Assembly: GCF_000143415.4 (NCBI RefSeq)
Contig: NW_003314278.1
Location: 78,371-142,370 of the forward strand
Direction: 5' to 3'
Length of the DNA: 64,000 bases
From: Selaginella moellendorffii
Taxonomy: Eukaryota > Plantae > Lycopodiophyta
Shown here piece after piece: positions 61,785-64,000 of the stretch. How positions within the stretch are numbered: position 1 is the stretch's first letter; every line of letters starts with the position of its first letter. The notes under the pieces are model-generated. The model had not been told where the DNA came from, made no database searches, and was given only the letters and a program-made list of their open reading frames with translations. The position numbers and the translations under genes are program-made.

Positions 61785-62197
61785 AAAATTAGGTCAAGAT
61801 TCAAGAACATTACATAACAATTCTTTATAGAAATTTCCAGCAATTGAGAAGGATGCTTATAGAAATTCAAGTAGCAGAAGTAAAAGTCTAATAGTTCAAG
61901 GACAAAACCACATGCTAGTGGCAAAATTGAAGTCATAGCAATGAGTAAGCAAGTCCAAGACCAAGAACTAAGTTTTGGGTGGTTGATTGATGAGTTTTTT
62001 ATATGCTTTTTTCATCAACTCTCCATGTTCATCATCTCCTACTAGCTAGACACAATTCATGCTTGGATCAACTGCTTGATTGTGAATCAGAGGTAAAGAT
62101 GATGTGGCATGTAATTATGTCCACATCCATATACAATTGAATATAGAGAGTTCTTTTTTCTCATGTGCACCTTTCTCCACTGCTAACATGGTATCAG
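61785..62197 (+). mobile_element. Partial second copy of the same TRIM family
   Basis: Interior resembles 54245-54555. The LTR ends ctaaca and is followed by tggtatcag. Confidence 0.75.
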
Positions 62198-62430
62198 GTC
62201 TGGCATGTGGTATGAACCTTGGATTTTTCCAAGTTTGTAAAATCTCTCATCCTTTTTCTTCCTTGCTATCTTTTAAAAACAATCTTCGTTACGACTTTGC
62301 AAGAGGTGCTTGCGGGTATTGCAACCTTTACAGCCAAGGATACGTCACCAACATGGCAATTTTGAGTACCGGACGTTCATTCGGGCTTGAGCTGCGACAG
62401 CCACGAACTTCTGTCCCCCAAACTACGCTC

Positions 62431-64000
62431 TGTCAAGACCCCTGACAAGATCAAGACTGGAAAATGCAAAAAGACAAAGAGAAAAGCTAGTGGAAACAAA
62501 GAAGAGGCCTTAGACTGGCGTTGATTCAGATTGTGGAGAAATGGAACAAGGCTAACCTATATATACTATAGGTTGATGAAGCTCCACCACTCTTGGATCG
62601 AGGACGGCCTAAATATAGTTGAGGTCGAGGAGGCGCCACATCATCATCAGGAATGTGGCTCGAGACTCAGGAATCGGGAAGTGTCTCGAGAGTCAGGAAT
62701 AGGGAAGTGTCTCGAGAGTCAGGAATGTGGTCTGCAGGTCAGGAAGCCGGCGAGAGTCAGGAATGTGGCAAGAATTGGGGGATTCCTGACAGCACCCCCT
62801 CCTCAAGAACGAGTGGAACAAGGATGTGAACGAGAACGAAGAGGAGGATGAGATGAGCGGCGAGGGATGGGAGATGGAGAAAAAGAATGAAGACTAGGAC
62901 GAGAAGGATAGCGGCGGTGGAAGTCCTGAACAAGGTCAGGAGAATGAATCAGGTTGTCCGCAGGTTCCCAAGTGCGTTCCTCAGGTCCGTAACCCTTCCA
63001 GTCCACCAGATAGTAGAGTTTAGACCGTGAAATCTTGGAATCAAAGATGTCCTGAACCTCGTACTCAGACCCATCCTCGAGCTGCACTGGTGGAGGCGGA
63101 GGAATGACCTGATTTGGAATAGGACTGGGAATATAAGGCTCAAGGAGAGAGGAGTGAAAAACGAGGTGAATTTGATATGAGGAGGGAAGTGCAAGGCGAT
63201 AAGTGACAGGATTAATGATGGCAGTGATAGGGAAAGGACCAAGGCATTTGAAATCAAGTTTTGGACAGGGCCTGGTGGTGGAGATATTTCGCCTGAGGAG
63301 CCAGACTTTATCCCCGATATTGTAAGGAGGACAATCCTGATGATGGACATTGGCAAATGTTTTCTGAGATTCCTGAGCACGATGGAGGTGGAAGGAGATG
63401 GAGTTGTGGATTTCCTGGAGGTTGGAGATAAATGCCTCATAGTAGGGATTTGAACGAGAGGATTCAGATGGAGAAGGAAGTGAGAGATTGAATCGGGGAT
63501 TTCGGCCAGAGTTCGCAAAGAAGGGGGAAACTTGAAGAGAGGAGTGAACAGAGTTGTTATAGGAGAACTCAGCAAGGGGAAAGATATCGAACCAGTTATC
63601 CTGATGATAGTTGATGAAGCACCTCAAGAATTGTTCCAACGTCTGAATCGTTCGCTCGGACTGCCCATCAGTTTGAGGATGATATGCCGAAGAGAGGTTG
63701 GCCTTCACTCCAAGCAGCTGCAAAAAACGTTGCTAGAAATGAGAGATGAACTGAGGCCCCCGATCCGAAACCACATCTGTAGGAATCCCATGAAGTCGGA
63801 AAATTTCCCTGAATACCAGTTTTGCCATGTCCTCGCCCGAAAACTCCTTGGTACATGGCAAGAAGTGCGCCATCTTTGTGAAGCGATCCACCACAACTAA
63901 AATGTTGTTGAAGCCTCCAAAACTTGGAAGATCACTCAAGAAATCCATGGAGATGGATTCCCAAGGACCTGAAGGGACTGGAAGGGAACGAAGCAAACCT
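62431..64000 (-). mobile_element. Relatively young Gypsy chromovirus 3' end: integrase, chromodomain, PPT and 3' LTR (62431-62791)
   Basis: PWESISMDF, VVVDRFTKMAHF, VSDRGPQF, AYHPQTDGQSER, EYEVQDI...YLVDWKGYGPEERTWEP. PPT gaggagggggtgc. LTR TGTCA...TGACA. One in-frame stop at 63733-63735. Confidence 0.95.

Overview
Eukaryotic land-plant genomic DNA. The very short (~50-80 nt) introns, tight gene packing, PLS-class PPR and UGT types suggest a compact lycophyte genome such as Selaginella (inference). A GC-rich gene island (~14.9-43.4 kb) lies between two AT-rich, CpG-depleted transposon graveyards. The island holds a KDM3-type JmjC demethylase, plastid PPDK, an intact 8-exon IGPS(TrpC)-fold gene that has lost several canonical catalytic and phosphate-binding residues and sits head-to-head (140 bp) with a UDP-glycosyltransferase, three more UGTs, a PLS-E PPR, an ataxin-10 homolog and two PLAC8 genes. 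It was reshaped by a recent ~3-kb inverted duplication and contains a mosaic of fragments of neighbouring genes plus a P450 last exon. The flanks contain decayed Gypsy/Copia elements (one triple-nested stack), a hAT derivative, three Cassandra-like TRIMs whose 194-bp LTRs carry the 5S rRNA internal promoter, and one intact AT-rich secreted orphan ORF. The best leads are the IGPS-like gene with its UGT neighbourhood, the 5S-bearing TRIMs and the secreted orphan.
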